Positions 13,139-27,797 of a DNA stretch of 62,797 nt are shown piece by piece. Source of the stretch: Octopus sinensis (Eukaryota); assembly GCF_006345805.1 (NCBI RefSeq), contig NW_021832133.1, positions 1-62,797 on the forward strand. The letters are read 5' to 3'. The notes beneath the pieces are model-generated. The model saw only the letters and a program-made list of their open reading frames with translations. It ran no database searches and was not told where the DNA came from. Position 1 is the stretch's first letter; every line of letters begins with the position of its first letter. The translations under genes and the position numbers were made by a program.

Positions 13139-14236
13139 ATTTCCGGGTAGAGGTAGGGGTCCACCAAGGCTCATTCCTCAACCCCCTCCTATTTATCATA
13201 GTCCAGGCAATAATGGAGGAATTCAAGACAGGATGCCTCTTAGAGCTCCTCTATGCTGATGACCTTGCTCTAATTGCTGAGTCACTATCAGAACTGGAGA
13301 AGTTTCAGGTGTGGAAGCAAGGATTAGAATCGAAGGGCCTTAGAGTCAATCTAGCTAAAACCAAAGTCCTAGTAAGTTGGAAGGTAGACAAATCATAAAC
13401 GCCATCAGGTAGATGGCCCTGCTTGATCTGTAGAAAAGGCGTAGGTAGAAACTCTATAAGACGCACCAAGTGTAAGCTATGGACACATAAGAGGTGCGGC
13501 AATGTCAAAGGAAGGCTAACCAGGAAGATAGTTTTTGTATGTGGCAGATGCTCAGGAGCAATAAACACTGAAAATGCTCTGAGACCAACTTCTGCCACAT
13601 TCCAGGGAGAAAAACTAGAAATAGTTGATAGTTTCCGTTACCTAGGTGACCAAGTCAGTAGTGGGGCCGGGTGTGCTGAAAGTGTAACTGCTAGAGTAAT
13701 AATAGCCTGGGCAAAGTTCAGAGAGCTCTTACCCCTGCTGGTGACAAAAGGCCTCTCGCTCAGAGTAAAAGGCAGACTGGATGATGCATGTGTACAAACA
13801 GCCATGCTACATGGTAGTGAAACATGGGCTGTGACTGCTGAGGATATGTGTAAGCTCGCAAGAAATGAAGCCAGTATGTTCTGATGGATGTGTAATGTCA
13901 GTGTTCATACTCAACAGAGTGTAAGTACTTTGAGAGAAAAGTTGGACCTAAGAAGCATCAGTTGTGGTGTGCAAGAGAGACGTTTGCACTGATATGGTCA
14001 TGTGGCAAGCATGAATGAAGATAGTGGTGTGAAAAAGTGCCACACCCTAGCGATTGAGGGAACCTGTGGAAGAGGCAGACCCAGATAAACCTGGGACGAG
14101 GTGGTGAAGTACGACCTTCGAACTTTAGGTCTCACCAAGGAAATGACTAGAGACCGAGACCTTTGGAATTTTGCTGTGCATGAGAAGTGAGACCATAACC
14201 CGTGGCCTCTACATGGGATGTAGCTAGTCCACTTAT
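13139..14236 (+). mobile_element. RTE LINE ORF2 fragment (RT C-terminal part), decayed
   Basis: LYADDL at 13252-13263, Cys-rich CRKGVGRNSI..CKLWTHKRC, FRYLGD, MLHGSETW and GRP..TWDEVV motifs, with stops. Confidence 0.9.
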
Positions 14237-17200
14237 GAGGGAAATGCTTGGATCTTGTGTATTTATAAAAATCATCTTCCCACCCTTTTTCGAAAAGACT
14301 GTCCCCATAAAATTCTAGGTAATCTGAATGTATGCCAAAAGAAATGCATTTCCATTCAATTTCATTGAAGAAAACCCAAATTTTTTTTAAATATACGAGG
14401 GAAACGCTCAGATCTTATGAATTTCCAGAAAACATCTTCCCACCCCTTTTGGAAAAGACTGTCCCCATAAAATTCTAGGTAATCTGAATGTATGCCAAAA
14501 GAAATGCATTTCCATTAAATTTCATTGAAGAAAACCCAAATTTTTCTTAAAGATACGAGGGAAACGCTCGGATCTTATGAATTTCCAGAAAACATCTTCC
14601 CACCCTTTTTCGAAAAGACTGTCCCCATAAAATTCTAGGTAATCTGAATGCATGCCAAAAGAAATGCATTTCCATTAAATTTCAATGAAGAAAACCCAAA
14701 ATTTTCTTAAAGATACGAGGGAAACGCTGGGATCTTATGAATTTCCAGAAAACATCTTCCCACCCTTTTTGGAAAAGACTGTCCCCATAAAATTCTAGGT
14801 AATCTGAATGCATGCCAAAAGAAATGCATTTCCATTAAATTTCAATGAAGAAAACCCAAAATTTTCTTAAAGATACGAGGGAAACGCTGGGATCTTATGA
14901 ATTTCCAGAAAACATCTTCCCACCCTTTCTGGAAAAGACTGTCCCCATAAAATTCTAGGTAATCTGAATGCATGCCAAAAGAAATGCATTTCCATTAAAT
15001 TTCATTGAAGAAAACCCAAATTTTTCTTAAAGGTACGAGGGAAATGCTGGGATCTTATGAATTTCCAGAAAACATCTTCCCACCCTTTTTCGAAAAGACT
15101 GTCCCCATAAAATTCTAGGTAATCTGAATGTATGCCAAAAGAAATGCATTTCCATTAAATTTCATTGAAGAAAACCCAATTTTTCTTAAAGGTACGAGGG
15201 AAATGCTGGGATCTTATGAATTTCCAGAAAACATCTTCCCAACCTTTTTCGAAAAGACTGTCCCCATAAAATTCTAGGTAATCTGAATGTATGCCAAAAG
15301 AAATGCATTTCCATTAAATTTCATTGAAGAAAACCCAAATTTTTCTTAAAGGTACGAGGGAAATGCTGGGATCTTATGAATTTCCAGAAAACATCTTCCC
15401 ACCCTTTTTCGAAAAGACTGTCCCCATAAAATTCTAGGTAATCTGAATGCATGCCAAAAGAAATGCATTTCCATTAAATTTCATTGAAGAAAACCCAAAT
15501 TTTTCTTAAAGGTACGAGGGAAACGCTGGGATCTTATGAATTTCCAGAAAACATCTTCCCACCCTTTTTCGAAAAGACTGTCCCCATAAAATTCTAGGTA
15601 ATCTGAATGTATGCCAAAAAAAATGCATTTCCATTAAATTTCAATGAAGAAAACCCAAAATTTTCTTAAAGATACGAGGGAAACGCTGGGATCTTATGAA
15701 TTTCCAGAAAACATCTTCCCACCCTTTTTGGAAAAGACTGTCCCCATAAAATTCTAGGTAATCTGAATGTATGCCAAAAGAAATGCATTTCCATTAAATT
15801 TCAATGAAGAAAACCCAAAATTTTCTTAAAGGTACGAGGGAAATGCTGGGAACTTATGAATTTCCAGAAAACATCTTCCCACCCTTTTTCGAAAAGACTG
15901 TCCCCATAAAATTCTAGGTAATCTGAATGCATGCCAAAAGAAATGCATTTCCATTAAATTTCATTGAAGAAAACCCAAATTTTTCTTAAAGGTACGAGGG
16001 AAATGCTGGGATCTTATGAATTTCCAGAAAACATCTTCCCAACCTTTTTCGAAAAGACTGTCCCCATAAAATTCTAGGTAATCTGAATGCATGCCAAAAG
16101 AAATGCATTTCCATTAAATTTCATTGAAGAAAACCCAAATTTTTCTTAAAGGTACGAGGGAAATGCTGGGATCTTATGAATTTCCAGAAAACATCTTCCC
16201 ACCCTTTTTCGAAAAGACTGTCCCCATAAAATTCTAGGTAATCTGAATGCATGCCAAAAGAAATGCATTTCCATTAAATTTCATTGAAGAAAACCCAAAT
16301 TTTTCTGAAAGGTACGAGGGAAACGCTGGGATCTTATGAATTTCCAGAAAACATCTTCCCAACCTTTTTCGAAAAGACTGTCCCCATAAAATTCTAGGTA
16401 ATCTGAATGTATGCCAAAAGAAATGCATTTCCATTAAATTTCATTGAAGAAAACCCAAATTTTTCTGAAAGGTACGAGGGAAACGCTGGGATCTTATGAA
16501 TTTCCAGAAAACATCTTCCCAACCTTTTTCGAAAAGACTGTCCCCATAAAATTCTAGGTAATCTGAATGTATGCCAAAAGAAATGCATTTCCATTAAATT
16601 TCATTGAAGAAAACCCAAATTTTTCTTAAAGGTACGAGGGAAACGCTGGGATCTTATGAATTTCCAGAAAACATCTTCCCAACCTTTTTCGAAAAGACTG
16701 TCCCCATAAAATTCTAGGTAATCTGAATGTATGCCAAAAGAAATGCATTTCCATTAAATTTCATTGAAGAAAACCCAAATTTTTCTTAAAGGTACGAGGG
16801 AAACGCTGGGATCTTATGAATTTCCAGAAAACATCTTCCCAACCTTTTCGAAAAGACTGTCCCCATAAAATTCTAGGTAATCTGAATGCATGCCAAAAGA
16901 AATGCATTTCCATTAAATTTCATTGAAGAAAACCCAAATTTTTCTTAAAGGTACGAGGGAAATGCTGGGATCTTATGAATTTCCAGAAAACATCTTCCCA
17001 CCCTTTTTCGAAAAGACTGTCCCCATAAAATTCTAGGTAATCTGAATGTATGCCAAAAGAAATGCATTTCCATTAAATTTCATTGAAGAAAACCCAAATG
17101 TTTCTTAAAGGTACGAGGGAAATGCTGGGATCTTATGAATTTCCAGAAAACATCTTCCCAACCTTTTTCGAAAAGACTGTCCCCATAAAATTCTAGGTAA

Positions 17201-20200
17201 TCTGAATGTATGCCAAAAGAAATGCATTTCCATTAAATTTCATTGAAGAAAACCCAAATTTTTCTTAAAGGTACGAGGGAAATGCTGGGATCTTATGAAT
17301 TTCCAGAAAACATCTTCCCAACCTTTTTCGAAAAGACTGTCCCCATAAAATTCTAGGTAATCTGAATGTATGCCAAAAGAAATGCATTTCCATTAAATTT
17401 CATTGAAGAAAACCCAATTTTTCTTAAAGGTACGAGGGAAATGCTGGGATCTTATGAATTTCCAGAAAACATCTTCCCAACTTTTTCGAAAAGACTGTCC
17501 CCATAAAATTCTAGGTAATCTGAATGTATGCCAAAAAAAATGCATTTCCATTAAATTTCATTGAAGAAAACCCAAATTTTTCTTAAAGGTACGAGGGAAA
17601 TGCTGGGATCTTATGAATTTCCAGAAAACATCTTCCCAACCTTTTTCGAAAAGACTGTCCCCATAAAATTCTAGGTAATCTGAATGTATGCCAAAAGAAA
17701 TGCATTTCCATTAAATTTCATTGAAGAAAACCCAAATTTTTCTTAAAGGTACGAGGGAAACGCTGGGATCTTATGAATTTCCAGAAAACATCTTCCCAAC
17801 CTTTTCGAAAAGACTGTCCCCATAAAATTCTAGGTAATCTGAATGCATGCCAAAAGAAATGCATTTCCATTAAATTTCATTGAAGAAAACCAAATTTTTC
17901 TTAAAGGTACGAGGGAAATGCTGGGATCTTATGAATTTCCAGAAAACATCTTCCCACCCTTTTTCGAAAAGACTGTCCCCATAAAATTCTAGGTAATCTG
18001 AATGCATGCCAAAAGAAATGCATTTCCATTAAATTTCATTGAAGAAAACCCAAATTTTTCTTAAAGGTACGAGGGAAACGCTGGGATCTTATGAATTTCC
18101 AGAAAACATCTTCCCAACCTTTTTCGAAAAGACTGTCCCCATAAAATTCTAGGTAATCTGAATGTATGCCAAAAGAAATGCATTTCCATTAAATTTCATT
18201 GAAGAAAACCCAAATTTTTCTTAAAGGTACGAGGGAAACGCTGGGATCTTATGAATTTCCAGAAAACATCTTCCCAACCTTTTTCGAAAAGACTGTCCCC
18301 ATAAAATTCTAGGTAATCTGAATGTATGCCAAAAGAAATGCATTTCCATTAAATTTCATTGAAGAAAACCCAAATTTTTCTTAAAGGTACGAGGGAAACG
18401 CTGGGATCTTATGAATTTCCAGAAAACATCTTCCCACCCTTTTTGGAAAAGACTGTCCCCATAAAATTCTAGGTAATCTGAATGCATGCCAAAAGAAATG
18501 CATTTCCATTAAATTTCATTGAAGAAAACCCAAATTTTTCTTAAAGGTACGAGGGAAACGCTGGGATCTTATGAATTTCCAGAAAACATCTTCCCACCCT
18601 TTTTGGAAAAGACTGTCCCCATAAAATTCTAGGTAATCTGAATGTATGCCAAAAGAAATGCATTTCCATTAAATTTCATTGAAGAAAACCCAAATTTTTC
18701 TTAAAGGTACGAGGGAAACGCTGGGATCTTATGAATTTCCAGAAAACATCTTCCCACCCTTTTTGGAAAAGACTGTCCCCATAAAATTCTAGGTAATCTG
18801 AATGTATGCCAAAAGAAATGCATTTCCATTAAATTTCATTGAAGAAAACCCAAATTTTTCTTAAAGGTACGAGGGAAATGCTGGGATCTTATGAATTTCC
18901 AGAAAACATCTTCCCACCCTTTTTCGAAAAGACTGTCCCCATAAAATTCTAGGTAATCTGAATGTATGCCAAAAGAAATGCATTTCCATTAAATTTCATT
19001 GAAGAAAACCCAAATTTTTCTTAAAGATACGAGGGAAACGCTGGGATCTTATGAATTTCCAGAAAACATCTTCCCACCCTTTTTGGAAAAGACTGTCCCC
19101 ATAAAATTCTAGGTAATCTGAATGCATGCCAAAAGAAATGCATTTCCATTAAATTTCATTGAAGAAAACCCAAATTTTTCTTAAAGGTACGAGGGAAATG
19201 CTGGGATCTTATGAATTTCCAGAAAACATCTTCCCACCCTTTTTGGAAAAGACTGTCCCCATAAAATTCTAGGTAATCTGAATGCATGCCAAAAGAAATG
19301 CATTTCCATTAAATTTCAATGAAGAAAACCCAAAATTTTCTTAAAGGTACGAGGGAAATGCTGGGATCTTATGAATTTCCAGAAAACATCTTCCCACCCT
19401 TTTTCGAAAAGACTGTCCCCATAAAATTCTAGGTAATCTGAATGCATGCCAAAAGAAATGCATTTCCATTAAATTTCAATGAAGAAAACCCAAAATTTTC
19501 TTAAAGATACGAGGGAAACGCTGGGATCTTATGAATTTCCAGAAAACATCTTCCCACCCTTTTTGGAAAAGACTGTCCCCATAAAATTCTAGGTAATCTG
19601 AATGTATGCCAAAAGAAATGCATTTCCATTAAATTTCAATGAAGAAAACCCAAAATTTTCTTAAAGATACGAGGGAAATGCTGGGATCTTATGAATTTCC
19701 AGAAAACATCTTCCCACCCATTTTCCAAAAGACTGTCCCCATAAAATTCTAGGTAATCTGAATGTATGCCAAAAGAAATGCATTTCCATTAAATTTCAAT
19801 GAAGAAAACCCAAAATTTTCTTAAAGATACGAGGGAAATGCTGGGATCTTATGAATTTCCAGAAAACATCTTCCCACCCATTTTCCAAAAGACTGTCCCC
19901 ATAAAATTCTAGGTAATCTGAATGTATGCCAAAAGAAATGCATTTCCATTAAATTTCAATGAAGAAAACCCAAAATTTTCTTAAAGATACGAGGGAAATG
20001 CTGGGATCTTATGAATTTCCAGAAAACATCTTCCCACCCATTTTCCAAAAGACTGTCCCCATAAAATTCTAGGTAATCTGAATGTATGCCAAAAGAAATG
20101 CATTTCCATTAAATTTCATGAAGAAAACCCAAAATTTTTCTTAAAGATACGAGGGAAATGCTGGGATCTTATGAATTTCCAGAAAACATCTTCCCACCCT

Positions 20201-23090
20201 TTTTGGAAAAGACTGTCCCCATAAAATTCTAGGTAATCTGAATGTATGCCAAAAGAAATGCATTTCCATTAAATTTCAATGAAGAAAACCCAAAATTTTC
20301 TTAAAGATACGAGGGAAATGCTGGGATCTTATGAATTTCCAGAAAACATCTTCCCACCCTTTTTGGAAAAGACTGTCCCCATAAAATTCTAGGTAATCTG
20401 AATGTATGCCAAAAGAAATGCATTTCCATTAAATTTCAATGAAGAAAACCCAAAATTTTCTTAAAGATACGAGGGAAATGCTGGGATCTTATGAATTTCC
20501 AGAAAACATCTTCCCACCCATTTTCCAAAAGACTGTCCCCATAAAATTCTAGGTAATCTGAATGTATGCCAAAAGAAATGCATTTCCATTAAATTTCAAT
20601 GAAGAAAACCCAAAATTTTCTTAAAGATACGAGGGAAACGCTGGGATCTTATGAATTTCCAGAAAACATCTTCCCACCCTTTTTGGAAAAGACTGTCCCC
20701 ATAAAATTCTAGGTAATCTGAATGCATGCCAAAAGAAATGCATTTCCATTAAATTTCATTGAAGAAAACCCAAATTTTTCTTAAAGGTACGAGGGAAATG
20801 CTGGGATCTTATGAATTTCCAGAAAACATCTTCCCACCCTTTTTCGAAAAGACTGTCCCCATAAAATTCTAGGTAATCTGAATGCATGCCAAAAGAAATG
20901 CATTTCCATTAAATTTCATTGAAGAAAACCCAAATTTTTCTTAAAGGTACGAGGGAAATGCTGGGATCTTATGAATTTCCAGAAAACATCTTCCCACCCT
21001 TTTTGGAAAAGACTGTCCCCATAAAATTCTAGGTAATCTGAATGCATGCCAAAAGAAATGCATTTCCATTAAATTTCATTGAAGAAAACCCAAATTTTTC
21101 TTAAAGGTACGAGGGAAATGCTGGGATCTTATGAATTTCCAGAAAACATCTTCCCACCCTTTTTGGAAAAGACTGTCCCCATAAAATTCTAGGTAATCTG
21201 AATGCATGCCAAAAGAAATGCATTTCCATTAAATTTCATTGAAGAAAACCCAAATTTTTCTTAAAGGTACGAGGGAAATGCTGGGATCTTATGAATTTCC
21301 AGAAAACATCTTCCCACCCTTTTTCGAAAAGACTGTCCCCATAAAATTCTAGGTAATCTGAATGCATGCCAAAAGAAATGCATTTCCATTAAATTTCAAT
21401 GAAGAAAACCCAATTTTTCTTAAAGGTACGAGGGAAATGCTGGGATCTTATGAATTTCCAGAAAACATCTTCCCAACCTTTTTCGAAAAGACTGTCCCCA
21501 TAAAATTCTAGGTAATCTGAATGCATGCCAAAAGAAATGCATTTCCATTAAATTTCATTGAAGAAAACCCAAATTTTTCTTAAAGGTACGAGGGAAATGC
21601 TGGGATCTTATGAATTTCCAGAAAACATCTTCCCAACCTTTTTCGAAAAGACTGTCCCCATAAAATTCTAGGTAATCTGAATGTATGCCAAAAGAAATGC
21701 ATTTCCATTAAATTTCATTGAAGAAAACCCAATTTTTCTTAAAGGTACGAGGGAAATGCTGGGATCTTATGAATTTCCAGAAAACATCTTCCCACCTTTT
21801 TCGAAAAGACTGTCCCCATAAAATTCTAGGTAATCTGAATGTATGCCAAAAGAAATGCATTTCCATTAAATTTCATTGAAGAAAACCCAAATTTTTCTTA
21901 AAGGTACGAGGGAAATGCTGGGATCTTATGAATTTCCAGAAAACATCTTCCCAACCTTTTTCGAAAAGACTGTCCCCATAAAATTCTAGGTAATCTGAAT
22001 GCATGCCAAAAGAAATGCATTTCCATTAAATTTCATTGAAGAAAACCCAAATTTTTCTTAAAGGTACGAGGGAAATGCTGGGATCTTATGAATTTCCAGA
22101 AAACATCTTCCCACCCTTTTTCGAAAAGACTGTCCCCATAAAATTCTAGGTAATCTGAATGCATGCCAAAAGAAATGCATTTCCATTAAATTTCAATGAA
22201 GAAAACCCAAATTTTTCTTAAAGGTACGAGGGAAATGCTGGGATCTTATGAATTTCCAGAAAACATCTTCCCAACCTTTTTCGAAAAGACTGTCCCCATA
22301 AAATTCTAGGTAATCTGAATGCATGCCAAAAGAAATGCATTTCCATTAAATTTCATTGAAGAAAACCCAAATTTTTCTTAAAGGTACGAGGGAAATGCTG
22401 GGATCTTATGAATTTCCAGAAAACATCTTCCCAACCTTTTTCGAAAAGACTGTCCCCATAAAATTCTAGGTAATCTGAATGTATGCCAAAAGAAATGCAT
22501 TTCCATTAAATTTCATTGAAGAAAACCCAATTTTTCTTAAAGGTACGAGGGAAACGCTGGGATCTTATGAATTTCCAGAAAACATCTTCCCAACCTTTTT
22601 CGAAAAGACTGTCCCCATAAAATTCTAGGTAATCTGAATGTATGCCAAAAGAAATGCATTTCCATTAAATTTCATTGAAGAAAACCCAAATTTTTCTTAA
22701 AGGTACGAGGGAAATGCTGGGATCTTATGAATTTCCAGAAAACATCTTCCCACCCTTTTTGGAAAAGACTGTCCCCATAAAATTCTAGGTAATCTGAATG
22801 CATGCCAAAAGAAATGCATTTCCATTAAATTTCATTGAAGAAAACCCAAAATTTTTCTTAAAGGTACGAGGGAAATGCTGGGATCTTATGAATTTCCAGA
22901 AAACATCTTCCCACCCTTTTTCGAAAAGACTGTCCCCATAAAATTCTAGGTAATCTGAATGCATGCCAAAAGAAATGCATTTCCATTAAATTTCATTGAA
23001 GAAAACCCAAATTTTTCTTAAAGGTACGAGGGAAACGCTGGGATCTTATGAATTTCCAGAAAACATCTTCCCAACCTTTTCGAAAAGACT
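14237..23090. repeat. Satellite 2, ~55 monomers of ~160 bp
   Basis: Uninterrupted tandem array of GAGGGAAATGCTGGGATCTTATGAATTTCCAG... units. Confidence 0.98.
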
Positions 23091-23460
23091 CTCCCCACGA
23101 GATCTATCCACTTCTCGTGGAACAGTGTGGCCCAGGAGGACATGGGATGAAGTGTTGAAGACTAATCTCAAGATACTGGGCTTTAGGGAAGAGGTGACAT
23201 TCAGAGGTGCTTTTTACGTGCCACCAACACAGGTACCAGAGGAGGCTGGCGAACGGCCACGCTCGGATGGTGCTTTTTACGTGCCACTGGCACGGAGGCC
23301 AGGCGAGGCTGGCAACGGCCACAATCGGATGCTGTTTGTTATGTGCCACCAGCACGGAGGCCAGTCGAGGCAGCGCTGGCTACGGCCACGTTCGGATGGT
23401 TCTCCTACGTGCCACCGGCATCACAACTACAAATTCCATTGATGTTGATCGATTTCGATT
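23091..23460. mobile_element. RTE fragments (plus-strand ORF2 C-terminus, then minus-strand 3' UTR repeats)
   Basis: PRRTWDEVLKTNLKILG, then TCGGATGGTGCTTTTTACGTGCCAC repeats matching the RTE 3' UTR. Confidence 0.7.
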
Positions 23461-23581
23461 TTTTCATATATATATACCGGAGTAAACACATAAATGTGAA
23501 ACAAGGTGGAAAAAAAGAGTACGCAAATACCAGTGGTAGAGAAATATGCTTTATTTAAAGCAGCAGAAAATTCAACAAAAT

Positions 23582-23619
23582 CTGTTACTCTGAGTTTCTC
23601 GCTGCCGTTCATCAGACAG
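23582..23619 (-). ncRNA. Minimal type I hammerhead ribozyme motif
   Basis: CTGT-CTGATGA-A-CG(GCAG)CG-A-GAAA-CTCAGAG-TA-ACAG: intact core, stem I CTGT/ACAG, GUA triplet. Confidence 0.65.
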
Positions 23620-23662
23620 TTTTTGCTAGAAATTTTTAAATTTTCTGCTGCTTTAAATAAAG

Positions 23663-23700
<38 letters not shown>

Positions 23701-23913
23701 ATATATACATAGGTAGGGTTATAATCTAAATTGTGTTGTCTTGAAGTATGTATGTTTATTCCAGAACACCAAAGTTATATGTATATTTGTGTTAGGTATG
23801 CAGTAAGAGTTGAAAAATACTGGAAAATAGCTTTTAAGAAACACAGGAGATTGGGGAACGTTTTGGTGTTATTTATTCACAATTACATGCATTTACAAAA
23901 TTTTATACATAGA

Positions 23914-24302
23914 GGCGCAGGAGTGGCTGTGGTAAGTAGCTTGCTAACCAACCACATGGTTCCGGGTTCAGTCCCACTGCGTGGCATCTTGGGCAAGTGT
24001 CTTCTGCTATAGCCCCGGGCCGACCAAAGCCTTGTGAGTGGATTTGGTAGACGGAAACTGAAAGAAGCCCATTGTATATATATATATATATATATGCGTG
24101 TGTGTTTGTGTTTGTCCCCCTAGCATTGCTTGACACCCGATGCTGGTGTGTTTACGTCCCCGTCACTTAGCGGTTCGGCAAAAGAGACCAATAGAATAAG
24201 TACTGGGCTTACAAAGAATAAGTCCCGGGGTCGATTTGCTCGATTAAAGGTGGTGCTCCAGCATGGCCGCGGTCAGGTGGCTGAAACAAGCAAAAGAGAG
24301 AG
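23914..24302 (+). mobile_element. SINE family A
   Basis: Full-length match to 10000-10393. Confidence 0.85.
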
Positions 24303-24689
24303 AAAACAAACATGTCAGATATCTCTTATTAGAAATTATTCATACATACATACATCACTTATTGTCCACTTTCCATGCTGGGATTGGAACTGGCAAGCTT
24401 CAGAACTGCACCAAGTTGCACTCTGATTTGGCAATGTGTTACCACAGATGTCACAGAAATGGTTTTTCTCCAGCATGGATGTATTTGTTAAGAGTTAAGC
24501 TGCTGCCAACATAGAATGATGTACCACAGATATTGGCTTCCAGTCTGTGTGACTGCTTTTATGAGATTTACTTGTCCTTTCAAGGGGATGATACACCATA
24601 GATACCACAGTACTATGGATCCGCCTCACAGTGGATCCATACACTTGGGATTTTGCGAAAATGACTTACGACATCTATCAATATATCTC

Positions 24690-25054
24690 TTACTCTCTCT
24701 CTTTTACTTGTTTCAGTCATTTGACTGTGGCCATGCTGGAGCTCCACCTTTTGTTGAGCAAGTCGACCCTAGGACTTATTCTATCGGTCTCTTTTGCTGA
24801 ACTGCTAAGTTACGGGGATGTAAACACACCACCATTGGTTGTCAAGCGATGTTGGGGGGACAAACACAAACACACACACGCATACATATATACAACGGGC
24901 TTCTTTCAGTTTCCATCTACCAAATCCACTCACAAGGCTTTGGTCGGCCCGAGGCTATAGTAGAAGACACTTGCCCAAGGTGCCACACAGTGGGACTGAA
25001 CCCAGAACCATGTGGTTGGTTAACAAGCTACTTACCACACAGCCACTCCTGCGC
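24690..25054 (-). mobile_element. SINE family A
   Basis: Reverse-complement full-length copy. Confidence 0.85.
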
Positions 25055-25194
25055 CTATATAGTTCCTTCCTTCAATGAATATGTGTCTAGTCAAGTGATT
25101 ATTTTGCAGGAATGATCTAGCACAATGTCACAGTGATGTGGTTTCTCTCCTGTATGTGTGTATAACCACAAGACATCTGTTAGAGGAATGATTT

Positions 25195-25810
<616 letters not shown>

Positions 25811-26084
25811 TTATTTACTTTGTTTAACAAAAATTATTTACTTTGTGTAAAAAAATTATTTATTTTGTATTTTATTTACTTTGCTAAGTAGTCGTTGTAG
25901 GATCGACTAGCTAGCGCGAGTGCGCGCACCGGGACCATTGTTCTCAAGTAGTACCCGCTTCCCCTAGGTTTGGTCATCGATCGCCACTATTTATCCCAAG
26001 TCTTGGATAAACATCTTATCGACAATGACGTGTATTTTGTTTGAAACATCTGTAATTTACAGCGAAAGATTTTGGTTTTCCTCA

Positions 26085-26463
26085 GGCACAGGAGTGGCTG
26101 TGTGGTAAGTAGCTTGCTAACCAACCACATGGTTCTGGGTTCAGTCCCACTGCGTGGCACCTTGGGCAAGTGTCTTCTGCTATAGCCCCGGGCCAACCAA
26201 TGCCTTGTGGGTGGATTTGGTAGACAGAAACTGAAAGAAGCCCGTCGTATATATGTATTTGTTTGTGTGTCTGTGTTTGTCCCCCTAGCATTGCTTGACA
26301 ACCGATGCTGGTGTGTTTACGTCTTCGTAACTTAGCGGTTCGGCAAAAGAGACCGATAGGATAAGTACTGGGCTTACAAAGAATAAGTCCCGGGGTCGAT
26401 TTGCTCGACTAAAGGCGGTGCTCCAGCATGGCCGCAGTCAAATGACTGAGACAAGTAAAAGAG
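26085..26463 (+). mobile_element. SINE family A
   Basis: Full-length copy followed by (TA)n. Confidence 0.85.
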
Positions 26464-26498
26464 TATATATACATGTGTATATATATATATATATATAC

Positions 26499-26536
<38 letters not shown>

Positions 26537-26537
26537 G

Positions 26538-26585
<48 letters not shown>

Positions 26586-26619
26586 TATATATGTGAAATC
26601 AGACTTTATCCTGGTGAAT

Positions 26620-26904
26620 GAAGAGTTAGTTCCCTTGTCAGTTAATTAAATTTCTGGCTTCTTTCTGTTTCACCGGCACCAACACTATTCGACCAGTTCC
26701 ACTTTGCAACTGGTTTTTAAGAGAAAACCCAATTAATTATACATGATTGGCAATTAAATGTCTAAAGAAACAGATGCAGCATTTTTTATTATGTTGACCT
26801 GAAAAATACAAATCGCTGTTTGCTGCAGAAACCTAGAAATTCTCTTCAAGTTGCCACCGTCCACCGCGACACATTCTCTCTCTCGTTATGGTAATATGGT
26901 AAGT
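26620..26904 (+). promoter_or_regulatory. Putative promoter and non-coding exon 1 of ZNF gene 3
   Basis: ATTGG at 26746-26750 and ATG|GTAAGT donor at 26899-26904. Reverse complement of the 4326-4630 and 8802-9085 blocks. Confidence 0.55.
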
Positions 26905-27036
26905 ATTATATTTGTGTAAACATTTCTATTGTATACGTGTATTTATTAAATACACCTGATTCGATGTGTTGAGTAAGTTAAGAGAAAGAACCTCACAAAA
27001 CAAAGACCAAATATTATTGTTTACACAACATTTCCC

Positions 27037-27504
27037 GGTACTATTTCAAAAGAGTGGTCCCGGTGCGTGCACTCGCGTAAGCTAGTCGTGACTAGTCGAT
27101 CCTTTGTGTTTTATCTACTTTGTATAGAAAATTATATATTTTGTGTTTTATTTACTTTGCTAGGGAGTCGTTTTAGGATCGACTAGTCACGACCAGCTAG
27201 CGCGTATGCGAGTGCGCGCACCGGGACCACTCTTCTTAAATAGTACCTTTCTTATTTTTGTTAACGTCATTTCCCGGTACTATTTCAGAAGAGTGGTCCC
27301 GGTGCGCGCACTCGTGTACTCGCGCATCCGAAGGTAGCTAGTCGTGACTACTCGATCCTTACTTTGTGTAAAAAAAATTATTTATTTTGTGTTTTATTTA
27401 CTTTGCTTAGGTAGTCGTTTTAGGATCGACTAGTCACGACTAGCTAGCGCGGATGCTCGAGTATGCGAGTGCGCGCACCGGGACCACTCTTCTTAAATAG
27501 TACC
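27037..27504. mobile_element. Two tandem Merlin-type MITEs (27037-27247, 27276-27504)
   Basis: Long TIRs GGTACTATTT..AGAGTGGTCCCGGTGCG / CGCACCGGGACCACTCTT..AAATAGTACC, related to the TIR next to Merlin coding sequence at 28201. Confidence 0.75.
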
Positions 27505-27797
27505 TTTCTTATTTTTGCTAACGTCAGATCAATACCTTCTTCACACAACATTTATTTCTTTATTCCTGACATGTAAATTCGACAGTTTAAGTTGAATGTG
27601 TTAAAATTACGATGTAATTTGTAAGAAATGGGGAATATATAAAAATATGATTGTTTCCTTTAAATACCGAAACGAAATGGTAATAACGCTTACTCAAGAA
27701 ATGGAACGGCATTTATTTGAAACAAGTCTTTATTTCCGGTGGTTCTTTGTATCATTACAACTGACAATTAATATATTATTTTATTAATTTATCAGAA

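Noticed and set aside
14237-23090. CENP-B box in satellite 2 (TTTCGAAAAG...)
   Set aside because: Only TTCG matches; the A and CGGG positions of the box are absent.
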